Shown piece after piece: positions 35,532 through 46,051 of a stretch of DNA of 56,305 nucleotides. Below the pieces are notes generated by a model. That model ran no database searches, was not told the DNA's origin, and worked only from the letters and a program-made list of their open reading frames with translations. This DNA is from Planctomycetia bacterium (GTDB lineage Bacteria; Planctomycetota; Planctomycetia; Pirellulales; S012-138): NCBI GenBank assembly GCA_016177915.1, contig JACOUI010000087.1, positions 1 to 56,305 on the forward strand, read 5' to 3'. Both the position numbers and the translations under genes were made by a program. Position 1 is the first letter of the stretch, and every line of letters begins with the position of its first letter.

Positions 35532-35813
35532 CTAGATTCCGGTGCGCTGCAGGACTTCCTTCAGTTCCCCGTCCTCCAGGACCGGCACCGTCTCCAATTG
35601 CATCACGTCGCTCCACTGCAGGGCGAACTCGGTGAGCGCCTTGGCGTCGTCGCTCTCCAAGAGGTCAAAACCCCCGCTGAAATCGGCCGCCGTCCAGCGG
35701 CCCAAGAGCTTCGTGCCCGCGGGCGGCTTGCCGCCGGTCTTCTTGAAGCGGGCGATGGCCTCGTCGCGGCCCTTGATTTCCGGCTTGAAGTTGAAGGTGA
35801 GCATGAATTTCAT
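35532..35813 (-). CDS. DUF3303-like small protein
   Basis: 93 aa with PPAGTKLLGRW...GF.LLESDD...W.D....ETVPVLED pattern. Confidence 0.75.
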   Translation of the reverse strand: MKFMLTFNFKPEIKGRDEAIARFKKTGGKPPAGTKLLGRWTAADFSGGFDLLESDDAKALTEFALQWSDVMQLETVPVLEDGELKEVLQRTGI

Positions 35814-36121
35814 GGAGGGGTCCTTTCGGGAAGCTAGGTGGGAACGGCCTTGCGAACGGGAGACAGCACAAAAGCTCGCGTCACTTTGGAGTTGAGCAAG
35901 CCTAGGCCACGGGCGGCATCGCCGCCGCCGCACGTGACCGTGTCCGTCGGCCTTTTCGGTGCGAGCGTCACCGCCGGCACAGATGGAACCATCGCGTCGC
36001 CGGGGAGCGTTTCGGGCTCGCCCTGGCTGTCGCGTCGGGTCGGCGCGCTGGCTGGCGAATCGCTGGTGCGCCCTCGCTGGCGCATCGGGGCCTGAGACGT
36101 CGCGGGCCGCGATCGACCGGC

Positions 36122-38392
36122 TCAGTCGGGATACACGAACTCATTCAAATTGAAGAGCACGCGGCAGAACTGCACCCGCGCCGCCTCGCGCGACTCGGCC
36201 TCGCTGATTCCGCGGCCGGACTCCTTGGCGGCCCGCGCAATCTCGGCAGCCTGCTCGTCGAGAAATCGTCCGATGGCGGCCACCTGATCCACCGATGCCT
36301 CGCGGCAGAGGGCCAGCCGGTAGGCCAGGCGAACTTGCGCCGCCCGGTCGTCGCCTGCCTCGCGCACCAGCCGCTCGGAGAGCCGCTGCGCTTGCCGGTT
36401 GACGAAGTCGCCGTTGAAGAGCGTCAGGGCCTGCGGCGCGACGTGCGTCACGTTCCGCCCGGCCGCGCTGCGCGTGCAGTCGCAAAGGTCCAGCACTTCC
36501 AGCATCGGCACCACCAGCGACCGCTTGATGTACGCGTACACCGCCCGCCGCGAGCCTTGCGCCTCGTTGAACGGCTGCCAGATTTTGTCCGGGTCGCTGT
36601 GCCCCTCCAGGGCCTCCTTCGGCACGTGCATGAACACGCTGGGTCCGAACATCTGCCGGTTGATCCGTCCGCTGGCGGCGAGCATCGAGTCGTGGATCGC
36701 CTCGACGGACAGCCGCCGATAGGGGAACCGCCAAAGGAGCATGTTGTCCGGGTCCTGGCCGCCATACTCTTCGTTCCAGGCCGAGCTCATGCCATAAGCA
36801 CTGCTCGTCAGGATCAACCGGTGCAGTTCCTTGAGCGACCAATGGGCGTTGTGGACGAACCAGTGGGCCAGCCAATCGAGGAGCTGGTCGTGCGTCGGCG
36901 ACGCGCCCATCACGCCGAAGTCGCTGGGGGTCCGCACCAGCCCCTCGCCAAAGTGAAACTGCCAGACGCGGTTGACGATGACGCGGGCCATCAGCGGATT
37001 GTCCGGGCTTGTCACCCAGCGGGCGAATGAGAGTCGGCGGCGCGTCGTGTGCTCGTCCGGCGCCAGAAACTCCGGCTGCCTGGCGGCCAGGACCGTCGGC
37101 ACGCCCGGCTGCACTTCCGGCCCGGGGCTGGCCGCCTGCCCGCGCAGCAAAAGGTGCGTCTTGGGCGGCTGGGGCGACGGCTCGCGCAGGTAGTAGGCCC
37201 GCGGCGGATCGGGCAGCTCGCGCTTGAGCGCCGCGATCTGTGCTTCGGCGTCGGCGATCTTCTGCCGCGTTTCATCGGGCAAGTTCGCCGTCAGTTCGGA
37301 TTCGAGCGCCGCCTGGTGCTTTTGCACTAGCTCCCGCTGCGGCGGCGTGCGCTTGGCGTCTTCCGTCGTGAAGGCCGCGACGACCTCTTCGCCGAGCTTG
37401 CTTTGACCCGACGCAAGATGCGCCGCGCGGAACTTGTCGCGGAGGGCGAGGATTCCCACGTTCCGCTCGGCGATTTTCCGATCACGGGTCTCCAGCGCCG
37501 CAAGCTTCGCGGGCGGGGCAGCCGGAAGATCCAGCTCCTGCCGCCCGTTCTGCGGCCGCTTCAGCGGGTCCAGGATCGCCACCATCCGGTAGTAATCGAG
37601 CGCCGTGAGCGGCTCGAACTTGTGGTTGTGGCAGCGGGCGCAGGCGAGCGTCAGGCCCAGAAAGGCCTGGCTCGTGGTGTCGATGATGTCGTCGAGCTGA
37701 TCGAAGCGGTCCTGGGCGAAATCGGCCGGCTCGTCGTCCCAGGGTCCGAGGCGATAGTAGCCCGTCGCGGTGACGCTGCCCTCGTCGGCGTCTTCCAGTT
37801 CGTCGCCGGCAAGCTGCTCCGTCACGAACCGGTCGTAGGGCAGGTCGGCGTTGAGGGCCGAGATCACCCAGTCGCGATATCGCCAGGCCGAAGGTTTTTT
37901 GGCGTCGCGCTCGTAGCCGTTCGTCTCGGCGTACCGAACAAGGTCCAGCCAGTGCCGCGCCCAGCGCTCGCCGTAGCCGGGGCTTGCCAGCAATTGATCG
38001 ACGACGCGCTCCCGCTTGTCGGGCGACCGGTCGGCAAGGAACTCCGCCTGCTGCTCCGGCGTGGGCGGGAGGCCCAGCACGTCGAGATAAACGCGCCGCA
38101 GCCACTTCTCATCGGTGGCCCGCTCGGCCGGACGCCAGCCTTTGGCCTCCAGCTTGGCCAGCACGAAGTTGTCGATGGGATTGCGGGGCCAGGCGACGTC
38201 GCGCACCGCGGGAATCGCGTGCCGCTCGATTCTCTGAAACGCCCAGTGCTGCCGGTCGGCATCGGTGATGATGGCGTCGTATTTGGCGAGGTCGAACGCC
38301 GGGTCGTCGGCCACGGCAGCCATGGAGCCAGCCAGCCACCCCGCGGCAAAAACCGCCACCCAAAGGAAATCCCTCTTGAGAACGACCGCCAT
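36122..38392 (-). CDS. DUF1549/DUF1553 (PSCyt2/PSD1) protein
   Basis: HWAFQ, NPIDNF, YGERWARHWLDLVRYAET, CARCHNHKFEP, NRVWQFHFGEG and NEFVYPD motifs; lacks the N-terminal cytochrome domain. Confidence 0.92.
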   Translation of the reverse strand: MAVVLKRDFLWVAVFAAGWLAGSMAAVADDPAFDLAKYDAIITDADRQHWAFQRIERHAIPAVRDVAWPRNPIDNFVLAKLEAKGWRPAERATDEKWLRRVYLDVLGLPPTPEQQAEFLADRSPDKRERVVDQLLASPGYGERWARHWLDLVRYAETNGYERDAKKPSAWRYRDWVISALNADLPYDRFVTEQLAGDELEDADEGSVTATGYYRLGPWDDEPADFAQDRFDQLDDIIDTTSQAFLGLTLACARCHNHKFEPLTALDYYRMVAILDPLKRPQNGRQELDLPAAPPAKLAALETRDRKIAERNVGILALRDKFRAAHLASGQSKLGEEVVAAFTTEDAKRTPPQRELVQKHQAALESELTANLPDETRQKIADAEAQIAALKRELPDPPRAYYLREPSPQPPKTHLLLRGQAASPGPEVQPGVPTVLAARQPEFLAPDEHTTRRRLSFARWVTSPDNPLMARVIVNRVWQFHFGEGLVRTPSDFGVMGASPTHDQLLDWLAHWFVHNAHWSLKELHRLILTSSAYGMSSAWNEEYGGQDPDNMLLWRFPYRRLSVEAIHDSMLAASGRINRQMFGPSVFMHVPKEALEGHSDPDKIWQPFNEAQGSRRAVYAYIKRSLVVPMLEVLDLCDCTRSAAGRNVTHVAPQALTLFNGDFVNRQAQRLSERLVREAGDDRAAQVRLAYRLALCREASVDQVAAIGRFLDEQAAEIARAAKESGRGISEAESREAARVQFCRVLFNLNEFVYPD

Positions 38393-38534
38393 ACGCTCGG
38401 ATTCCAAATGATTCGAGTATGTGCCAAAGGCAAGTCCCATTTAACCCGCTCTTGAAGTGAAACGCAAAGCGCGTCGCCCTGGCCACGTCGACCGCTAAAA
38501 TCGTATGCTTCCATGAACCGCTGATCGTTTTCCC

Positions 38535-38568
38535 AATTCCGCACTCCGAATTCCGCACTCCGAATTCG
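38535..38568. repeat. Heptamer tandem repeat (AATTCCG/CACTCCG)
   Basis: aattccg cactccg aattccg cactccg aattcg immediately before ATG 38569. Confidence 0.8.
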
Positions 38569-40764
38569 ATGCACGCCGTTCGCCTCAAATATGACCGCCG
38601 CGGCGTTCGCGTCGCCCGCGACGATTTCGGCGTGCCCCACATCCAGGCCGACGCCTGGCCCGCCGCCCTCTACGGCCTGGGTTACATGCACGCGGTCGAC
38701 CGGCTCACGCAGATGCTCTTTTCCCGCGTCGTCGCCCAGGGCCGGTCGGCCGAGCAGATCGCGGGCACGCGCGAGATGTTCGAGGCCGACTGCCTCTTCC
38801 GACAGGTCGGCCTGTATCTTCGACTCGACGAAGAGCTCTTCGCTCTAGAACCGGCCGAGCGCGAGGACCTCGCCGCCTACTGCGAAGGCGTCAACGACGG
38901 CCTGCACCAGGCGGGCCGGTCGCTCCCCATGTGGGCCACGCGCTTCCAGCCCGACCCCTGGGACGAGCGCTCCGTCCTGCTGGCGGCCAACCTGCTGAAC
39001 TTCGCCGGCCTCGTCATCGCGCAACAGCAGCAGGAGCGGCTGATCATCGAGCTGGTTCAGGCGGGCGTCGGCGACCGCCACATGCGGGAGCTGTTCTCTC
39101 CGGCCCTGGACGGGGCGGACTTCGACCTCCTGCGCCGCGTCCTCATCTCCAGCCGGCTTTCGGACGACGCCCTCCAGCTCATCGCCGACTTGCCGCATTT
39201 TTCGGGAAGCAACGCCTGGGCGATCTCGCCCGCGCGGAGCGAAACCGGATCGGCCCTCTTGGCCTCCGATCCGCACCTGGAGATCAACCGGTTGCCGGCC
39301 ATCTGGTACGAGGCCGTTCTCACGTGGCCGGAAAACTATCTGCTTGGTGCGACGCTTCCCGGCACGCCGATTTGCGCCGTGGGCCGCTCGCGCGACCTGG
39401 CCTGGGGCGTGACCTACCTCAAAGGCGACACCAGCGACTTTTTCGTCGAAGACTGTCGCCGGCACAACGGCGCCTGGCAATATCGCCGCCGCGACGGCTG
39501 GCATGATTTTTCCGTCCGCGAAGAGACCATCCATCGCCGCGGCAAGTCGCCGGTCGTCCACCGCGTTTACTCAAATTCACTGGGCGCACTGGACGGCGAC
39601 CCCGCCGCCCGTGGCGAGGGCCTGCACCTGCTCCCGGCCTGGACCGGTCAGGACGAAGGCGCCGGCCGCTCCGTCGCTGCCTGGCTGAAGCTCGTTCACG
39701 TGCGCAAAGTGGCCGCGGCCATGGACCTGGTGCGCGATAGCCCGCAGCCTTCGCTCTGCTGGATCTTCGCCGATCGCGCCGGCCACATCGGCCGGCAGGC
39801 CAGCGGGACGTTTCCGCTTCGAGCGCCCCCTTGCGGCGGACTCTATCCCATCCCCGCCTGGGACGAGATGAACCACTGGCAGGGCCGCATTTCCCCGCAG
39901 CTTCTGCCGCGCCTCTACGATCCCCCCGAAGGATTCGTCGCCTCGGCCAACGAGCCGATCGAGATACCAAGCGGCCCGACGATCGTCACCATGCCGCTGC
40001 CGGACTACCGCAAGCGGCGAATCGTCGAGCGGCTGACGGCGCTCCCCAAGATCTCACTGGCGAACGTGCAGGCGCTGCAATACGACGTGGTGAGCCTCCA
40101 GGCCCGCGAGCTGATGGCGATTCTCGCTCCGCACCTGCCCGAAGGCGAGCTGAAATGGCGGCTGGCCGCTTGGGACCATAGCTACCCGCCCGACAGCCGC
40201 GAGGCCACGCTCTTCACCAACCTCTATCGCCGCGTGCTGGTCGAGATCTTCGGCCAGGAGCCGCAGCACGGCGGCATCGGCTGGCGGCGGACGCTCTACC
40301 TGTGTACCCGCGCCGGCTTTTCGATCATGATCATCGCCAGCGTCGACAAGCTGCTGCACCAGGAAAAGTCCGTGTGGTGGGAAGGCCGCGACAAGGGCGA
40401 GCTGATCCGCAAGGCCGCCGAAAACCTCTCGACCGACGCGCCTCCCTGGTCCAAGGTCAACGCCTTCCGCTTCACCAACCGCTTCTTCGAGCGAAAGCTC
40501 GTCGCGCGGGCCCTGGGCTTTCACACCCGGCTCGTGCCCATGCCCGGCTGCTTCGCCACGCCCTTCCAGGGCAACCTGCTGCGGGCGGCGACGCGCGAGA
40601 CGTCGTTCGCCCCGTCCTATCACTTCGTCACCGACCTGGCCACGGATGAGGCCCACACCAACTTGCCCGGCGGGCCGAGCGAAAGCCGCTTCTCGCGGTG
40701 GTACAAGAGCGACATCCCACGCTGGTTCCGGGGGCAGTACAAGCCGCTGCGACCGTCGACGTAG
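38569..40764 (+). CDS. Penicillin/acyl-homoserine-lactone acylase family Ntn hydrolase
   Basis: RDDFGVPHI, GLGYMHAVDRL.QM, G|SNAWAI (nucleophile Ser), DPHL, P.IWYE and PGGPSE motifs; no obvious signal peptide. Confidence 0.88.
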   Translation: MHAVRLKYDRRGVRVARDDFGVPHIQADAWPAALYGLGYMHAVDRLTQMLFSRVVAQGRSAEQIAGTREMFEADCLFRQVGLYLRLDEELFALEPAEREDLAAYCEGVNDGLHQAGRSLPMWATRFQPDPWDERSVLLAANLLNFAGLVIAQQQQERLIIELVQAGVGDRHMRELFSPALDGADFDLLRRVLISSRLSDDALQLIADLPHFSGSNAWAISPARSETGSALLASDPHLEINRLPAIWYEAVLTWPENYLLGATLPGTPICAVGRSRDLAWGVTYLKGDTSDFFVEDCRRHNGAWQYRRRDGWHDFSVREETIHRRGKSPVVHRVYSNSLGALDGDPAARGEGLHLLPAWTGQDEGAGRSVAAWLKLVHVRKVAAAMDLVRDSPQPSLCWIFADRAGHIGRQASGTFPLRAPPCGGLYPIPAWDEMNHWQGRISPQLLPRLYDPPEGFVASANEPIEIPSGPTIVTMPLPDYRKRRIVERLTALPKISLANVQALQYDVVSLQARELMAILAPHLPEGELKWRLAAWDHSYPPDSREATLFTNLYRRVLVEIFGQEPQHGGIGWRRTLYLCTRAGFSIMIIASVDKLLHQEKSVWWEGRDKGELIRKAAENLSTDAPPWSKVNAFRFTNRFFERKLVARALGFHTRLVPMPGCFATPFQGNLLRAATRETSFAPSYHFVTDLATDEAHTNLPGGPSESRFSRWYKSDIPRWFRGQYKPLRPST

Positions 40765-40806
40765 CGCCCCCCAAGCCCACCGGCTGCGTCCGGTGGGACC
40801 GGCTAC
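40761..40806. repeat. GTAG...CTAC-bounded palindrome between convergent genes
   Basis: GTAGCGCCCCCAAG CCCACCGG ctgcgt CCGGTGGG ACCGGCTAC; both stop codons lie in its terminal tetranucleotides. Confidence 0.6.
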
Positions 40807-41771
40807 GGAAGGTTTGCTTCGAGGACCGTCGCCGCGCCGTGCGCTGTCACCTTGATAGGACCAATCGCCGCCGGCACGAGCGCCGTGTCTCCGGCGCGCA
40901 GCGGCTGACCTGTTGGATCGCCATCGAGCGAAACGCTCCCGGCAATCACCGACAGGATGTGAAACCGATCGTCGCCGCCGACCGCGGCTGCCGTTTTTTC
41001 AGACAGCTCCCATCGCCGCAGGACGAACTTGTCGCAGGACACAAGCTGCCACGCCCAGGGGCTATCCGTCGGCTGAGGCGCCTGCACCTTGCCCGAACCG
41101 AGCGAAAAGTCGATCACGTCGAGGGCCTCTCGAACGTGCAGCGGCCGGGGCTTCCCCTGCGCATCGAGGCGGTTCCAATCGAATAATCGATACGTCGTGT
41201 CGCTCGATTGCTGAATCTCGTAGAGCAACAGCCCTTCGCCGATGGCGTGGACCGTGCCCGCCGGCAAGAGCACGCAATCGCCGACCGCCGGCTCGATCTT
41301 GTGGAGGCACAACTCGCACGTGCCGCGCGCCACCTCCCGCTGGAGCGCCGGCCGGTCCAGGCCGCGCTTGAGGCCCACGTAGAGCACGCTTCCCGGCTCC
41401 TTGTCGAGCACGACCCAGGCTTCGGTCTTTCCCAGGTCCGGCGGGTTCAAACGGGCCGCCCGCGTATCGTCGGGGTGGACTTGCACCGAGAGGCGCTCTC
41501 TGGCGTCGAGGAATTTCACGAGCAGCGGAAAACGGGGCTGCGGAAAGTGGCGGCCATAAAGCTCGCGTCCAAACTGGGCGGCAATCTGCGAGAGCGACTG
41601 CCCCTTGAGCGGACCGGCCAGGACGATGGACTGGTCTTGTCCGTGATCGGCGATCTCCCAGCTTTCGGCGCAGGTCGCGTCCGGCGCGACGGGCTTTCCC
41701 CATTGGGCCAGCTTGCGGCCGCCCCAGAGGTAGGACTTGAGGATCGGCGCGAATCGCAGAGGATAACGCAT
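40803..41771 (-). CDS. manA: Mannose-6-phosphate isomerase, class I
   Basis: WGG, ESWEI, FPLLVKFLDA..RLSVQVHPDD, GKTEAW, GTVHAIG and EIQQSSD.TYR motifs. Confidence 0.92.
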   Translation of the reverse strand: MRYPLRFAPILKSYLWGGRKLAQWGKPVAPDATCAESWEIADHGQDQSIVLAGPLKGQSLSQIAAQFGRELYGRHFPQPRFPLLVKFLDARERLSVQVHPDDTRAARLNPPDLGKTEAWVVLDKEPGSVLYVGLKRGLDRPALQREVARGTCELCLHKIEPAVGDCVLLPAGTVHAIGEGLLLYEIQQSSDTTYRLFDWNRLDAQGKPRPLHVREALDVIDFSLGSGKVQAPQPTDSPWAWQLVSCDKFVLRRWELSEKTAAAVGGDDRFHILSVIAGSVSLDGDPTGQPLRAGDTALVPAAIGPIKVTAHGAATVLEANLP

Positions 41772-41817
41772 CGAATGAACCGTGCGGAGTCTCCGTACGC
41801 GGCCCCCTGTGCTCGAG

Positions 41818-44800
41818 TCACTTCCCGCCGGCGGTCAGGGTTTTCAGGTAGGCAAACAAATCGGCCACGTCGGCGTCGGTCGCGTCGTTCAAAAGGCCCG
41901 TCGGCATCAGCGACACCGTCCCCGGCTCCTGCGCCTCGAATTCCTCGCCCGAAATGCGGACCGTGACGTCGGGCGTCGTTTGCAGGAGCGTCGCATCCGG
42001 CGATTCATAGACCAACAGGCCCGTGTAGACGCGGCCGGAGCGAGTGCGAACGGCGACCGTGCGGTACGTCGGCGAGATTTCCTTGTTGGGGTCGACGATC
42101 GTCGCCAGCAGGTCCTCGCGCGACAGCCGGCCCGTGATGCCCGCAAGGTCCGGCCCCAGCCGGTTGTTTCCGACGTGGCAGCGATGGCAGGCTTTCTTCT
42201 CAAAGAGGGCCTTTCCGCGGGCGGCGTCGCCGTTTTCCCAGGGGATCTCGACGATGCGCTCTTTCCACTGGGCCGCGTCGCCGCCGGAGAGGCCGGCCAG
42301 CGCGGCGGCCTCGTTGGGATAGGTCTTCTGGAACCACTCGTGCCAGGCGTTCCATACCGCGAGCGAATCGTCGTGGTTTGCAACATGGATGTCCTGGGCG
42401 GACCAGTAGCGTAGAAGGTCGACGAGCGCCGTACGCTGCTCCTCTTGGCCTTTGACCAAAGCGGCCTGCTTCAAGGCGCGGAGCGCCGCGGCCACGTTGC
42501 GCGGATCTTCCTTCTCCGTGGATCGCGGGAGCTTCCGAAGGGCCTGAGCAGAAGCCAGTACGACGTCGGGTTGCGTGGACGAGGTCGATTCGACGAGCTG
42601 CTTGTGATATTCGGGGCGCGGGTTCCGCGCCAGGACCAGCGCAATCGCATCACGCAGAGCGACATTGTCCCACTTTTTTTGCAAAAGGAAGGGAATAATT
42701 TGGTCGTCCGGCAGACAGGAGACGACCGCGACCAACTCGGAGGTCCAGACGTCCGGTTCGCGAAGCGAAGCGATCTCGCGAGATGTCAAGAGTCGCCGGG
42801 CGGCCGCTTGACGTTCGCGCGCCGGCATCAGCAACGCGAAGATCGCGTGCTCGGGAAGGCGCAACTCTTTGTGGTTCGCCAGCATGCCCGCCAGCGCTTC
42901 GTCGCGCAGACACAGTTCCGTAAACGCCTCTCCCACCCGCAACGGCCAGTTGCGGCTGGGATACCGCTGCTGCGATTTCATTTTGCCGTGCAGTTCGCAA
43001 AGCGACCGTGCGATCTTCTCCGTGACCGCCGGCGGTCGCTTGCCGGGAAGCCGCGACAGCACGATCAGGTAATGGATGTCGTCGTCCGGGTCGCTCTTCT
43101 CCGTGAGCTGCCCCGTAACGAACTCAACCAGCCCTTGCTCATCGGCCGAGAGCATGGCAAACATCCGGGCCATTTTCCGGTTAAGCTCTTCGTTTTGCGT
43201 CGGAAAGGCCTTCGCCAAAGCGGCGGCAACTTTCGCTCGCACCTCCGGACGGACTTCCTCCACCGCGTTGCCCGAATAGCCGCTGTACACCTCCGGCTGC
43301 CCCGGCTGAACGCGGAGGTCGCCCAGGCCAAGCTGCACAAGCCTCACCGCTTCGAGGCGGCTTTGTACGCTGTGCGTCGGGTTGCGGAACAACTCCAGTG
43401 CCGCGTCGAAGAATGCCTCGTCGCGCCTCGTTTCAGGATGCACCCACAGCCGGGCCACTTCCGGCAGCCGCTCCGTGCGCTCCGCGGAGATCGCACAGTG
43501 GATCGCGGCCGCTCTGACGCGCCGGTCCGGACTCGCCGTGGCGGCCTGCCAGTTCACTTCGAGCGAATCGGGAAGCTCGTGATAGGCCGCCACGACGGCG
43601 AGCGACTCAAAGGCCGCGCGCTGGACGCGCGCATGCGACGAAAACGTCAACCTGGCAACAACGGGCAGCGCCTCCGGCGACGGATTTTGCGACAATGCCC
43701 ACGCGACGCGACCCCAAACGCCCGCCGGCGTTTCTGGATCGTCCACAACTTGTGACGCGACGGTCGTCCGCAACCTACCGAACACTTCGACCAAGATCTC
43801 GACGGCCCGCACGCGCTGGGGCGCGTATTGCTTGGAATCCAAAAGCGCCGCCTCGAACCGCTCTCGCCCCAGGTCGCGCGCCGAGGGCAGCCACTGCGCC
43901 CGCGACCAGCTTGAAAGCGGCTGGTCGGCCCGCAGCACGCGCTGCAGCGGATCGGCCGGCGGTGTGGGCGCGGGCGGCGCCGAGCCCTCCGGCCGGTAAG
44001 AAATCCGGAACACGCCGCCGCGCGTCCCTCGCCCGCCAATGGCGACGAACAGATCGCCTTCGGGTCCAACCGCCAAGTCAACGGGCGCAAAGCCCGCGTC
44101 GCCCGCCGTCTGCGCAAAGACCTCCGGCTTCGCCTTGACGGTCGCGCCCTGGTCGGAGAGCGGCAAGGCATAAACACGCCCCATCGACCAGCAGGCGGAG
44201 AAAACGGCCCCTTGATACCGTGCGGGAAACTGCCGGTGCCGGTAGACGATCGCGCCCGTCGGCGACCCCCGCCCCAACTCGGCCGCCCGGTCCACGTTGT
44301 CGAAAAACGACTCGGGCCGGTTCCAGCTTCGCTGCCAGCCGGCCAGCAGCCAGCCGTGTTCCATTCCCTGCGCAACGTCGAAGAGCCGTGTGGGTGCGTA
44401 CCACGGCAGGTGATGGTCGCGCTCGCCGTCGGAGTCGACGGTGAACAGTTCGCCGCGAGCGGAAAAATCCAGGTCGTAGGGATTGCGAAAGCCGTGGGCG
44501 ACGATCTCCATTTGCTTGCCGTCGGGCGAAATTCGCAACACCGCCCCGCAGCGCGCGGTTTTGACCGGCGAGCCAGGCGTCGTCACGTTCTGCGCGCCGA
44601 CACCCGCGTCGTTGCCGCAAACAACATAAAGCCAGCCGTCGGGACCGTGGACGATGCCGTTGGCGCCGTGTTCGGGGTTCTTCAGCGAGGCCCAGCGCTG
44701 CGGCGGGCCGTCGGCGCGGCCGTCGCCGTGTTCGTCGCGCAGCACCCCCAGCACGTTGTCGCCGGTGAACACGAGGTCGTTGCCGACGAAACACAGGCCG

Positions 44801-45087
44801 TGGGCGCCGCTGGCGGGAAGCGACGAGAAAAGCGCCGCGCGGTCCGCCCGCCCGTCGCCGTCGTCGTCGTGCAGCGTTTTGACGTAATCGGGACCGGAGA
44901 CGACGACCCGGCCGCGAGGGTCGATGGTCATCGAGTAGATGTTGTGGGCCAGGGCGTCGTCGGCGAATTGGCCGACGGTGAAGCCCTCCGGCAGGCGGAG
45001 TGGAACATCCTCCGCTGGCAGGCGTGTCGACGCGAGCAGACACGCGACGAGTGAAGACAGACAGAGAATAACTTGAGGCGGGCGCAT
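41818..45087 (-). CDS. PVC-type membrane-bound dehydrogenase-like protein (beta-propeller + HEAT repeats + C-terminal cytochrome c)
   Basis: Signal peptide, LPEGF, DDDGDGRAD, GPDGWLY, GFRNPYD, and C-terminal GKALF...CHRCH...GPDL...SLMP. Confidence 0.85.
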   Translation of the reverse strand: MRPPQVILCLSSLVACLLASTRLPAEDVPLRLPEGFTVGQFADDALAHNIYSMTIDPRGRVVVSGPDYVKTLHDDDGDGRADRAALFSSLPASGAHGLCFVGNDLVFTGDNVLGVLRDEHGDGRADGPPQRWASLKNPEHGANGIVHGPDGWLYVVCGNDAGVGAQNVTTPGSPVKTARCGAVLRISPDGKQMEIVAHGFRNPYDLDFSARGELFTVDSDGERDHHLPWYAPTRLFDVAQGMEHGWLLAGWQRSWNRPESFFDNVDRAAELGRGSPTGAIVYRHRQFPARYQGAVFSACWSMGRVYALPLSDQGATVKAKPEVFAQTAGDAGFAPVDLAVGPEGDLFVAIGGRGTRGGVFRISYRPEGSAPPAPTPPADPLQRVLRADQPLSSWSRAQWLPSARDLGRERFEAALLDSKQYAPQRVRAVEILVEVFGRLRTTVASQVVDDPETPAGVWGRVAWALSQNPSPEALPVVARLTFSSHARVQRAAFESLAVVAAYHELPDSLEVNWQAATASPDRRVRAAAIHCAISAERTERLPEVARLWVHPETRRDEAFFDAALELFRNPTHSVQSRLEAVRLVQLGLGDLRVQPGQPEVYSGYSGNAVEEVRPEVRAKVAAALAKAFPTQNEELNRKMARMFAMLSADEQGLVEFVTGQLTEKSDPDDDIHYLIVLSRLPGKRPPAVTEKIARSLCELHGKMKSQQRYPSRNWPLRVGEAFTELCLRDEALAGMLANHKELRLPEHAIFALLMPARERQAAARRLLTSREIASLREPDVWTSELVAVVSCLPDDQIIPFLLQKKWDNVALRDAIALVLARNPRPEYHKQLVESTSSTQPDVVLASAQALRKLPRSTEKEDPRNVAAALRALKQAALVKGQEEQRTALVDLLRYWSAQDIHVANHDDSLAVWNAWHEWFQKTYPNEAAALAGLSGGDAAQWKERIVEIPWENGDAARGKALFEKKACHRCHVGNNRLGPDLAGITGRLSREDLLATIVDPNKEISPTYRTVAVRTRSGRVYTGLLVYESPDATLLQTTPDVTVRISGEEFEAQEPGTVSLMPTGLLNDATDADVADLFAYLKTLTAGGK

Positions 45088-45169
45088 GGCGCGAGTGCAA
45101 GGTGCCCAGGCCGAGTACGGAGCGCAGGCCGACAGCCAATAATAACCGAAGCCGACGGCTGCTGCTCCC

Positions 45170-46051
45170 TTACGTGCCGCGGCCCCAGGCCGGGAACTGG
45201 AAGTTCGGGTTCGCCGGGTCGAAGTCCGCGTCGGTCAGGCCGGCCCTCAGGCGCACCTTGAGATACTCGTAATACTCGACCAGCACCGGCTTGCCCACGT
45301 CGCTGCCCTTCGGAAACTCCCAGGCTTCGTATTTGACGGGCACGTTCCACTTCCTGTCGAGGTAAATGCGCGCCAGGGCCAGCCGGGAAGTTTTTCCCGG
45401 CCGAGAGCTGCGGATTTCGAGGCACTCGCAAGCGCGGCCGTCGACTTGCTCGCCCTCAACAAAGCGCAAGTCGCACGTCGCCAGGTACTCCTTCTGCGTC
45501 GCGGCCAGCTCCTTGAGCTTGAGGAGCAGGTTTTTCATGCCGGCGCTGGTGATGGGATGGCGGTTGCCTTGCATCGCCCACCAGCCGTCGGTGGGAAGAG
45601 TGACCGTCCTGATACCGACGGCGAGGTGCGCGACCATGCAGTTGTCGTTTTTGTCGGCGACGTAGATCGCCTCCTGGCCCTTCAACCGGTCCGGCGCTAC
45701 ATGCCGGGCGTAAACGCTGAAGGGCGAGTGGCGAATCTTCATCTCGATCGTTTCTTGCTCCTGCAGCTGCCCTTTGACGCGCTCCTGCTTCACCATAGTG
45801 AACGAATAGTCAGGCATCGATTCCAGGGTTTTGAGCGAGGAATCGGCCATTTTCAGCCCGCGGCGCAGCACGTCGGCGGAAGGTTCGGGCGTGGCGGCGT
45901 CCTGGCCCGCAACCCTTTCGGGGGGCGGGGCCGGGCCGGGGGCGTCGGGGTACGTGATACCCCAGCCGCGCAGCCAGGCCAGTAGCATGAAGCAGCCGAT
46001 CACGAAAACGGCGGCAGCCACCTGGCGGCGAACACGGCGAGCACGCAACAC
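45170..46051 (-). CDS. DUF1571 domain protein
   Basis: N-terminal TM, DYS....KQERV, K.RH.PFSVY, GQEAIYV, NRHPIT.AG and L.DADFDP.N motifs. Confidence 0.8.
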   Translation of the reverse strand: MLRARRVRRQVAAAVFVIGCFMLLAWLRGWGITYPDAPGPAPPPERVAGQDAATPEPSADVLRRGLKMADSSLKTLESMPDYSFTMVKQERVKGQLQEQETIEMKIRHSPFSVYARHVAPDRLKGQEAIYVADKNDNCMVAHLAVGIRTVTLPTDGWWAMQGNRHPITSAGMKNLLLKLKELAATQKEYLATCDLRFVEGEQVDGRACECLEIRSSRPGKTSRLALARIYLDRKWNVPVKYEAWEFPKGSDVGKPVLVEYYEYLKVRLRAGLTDADFDPANPNFQFPAWGRGT

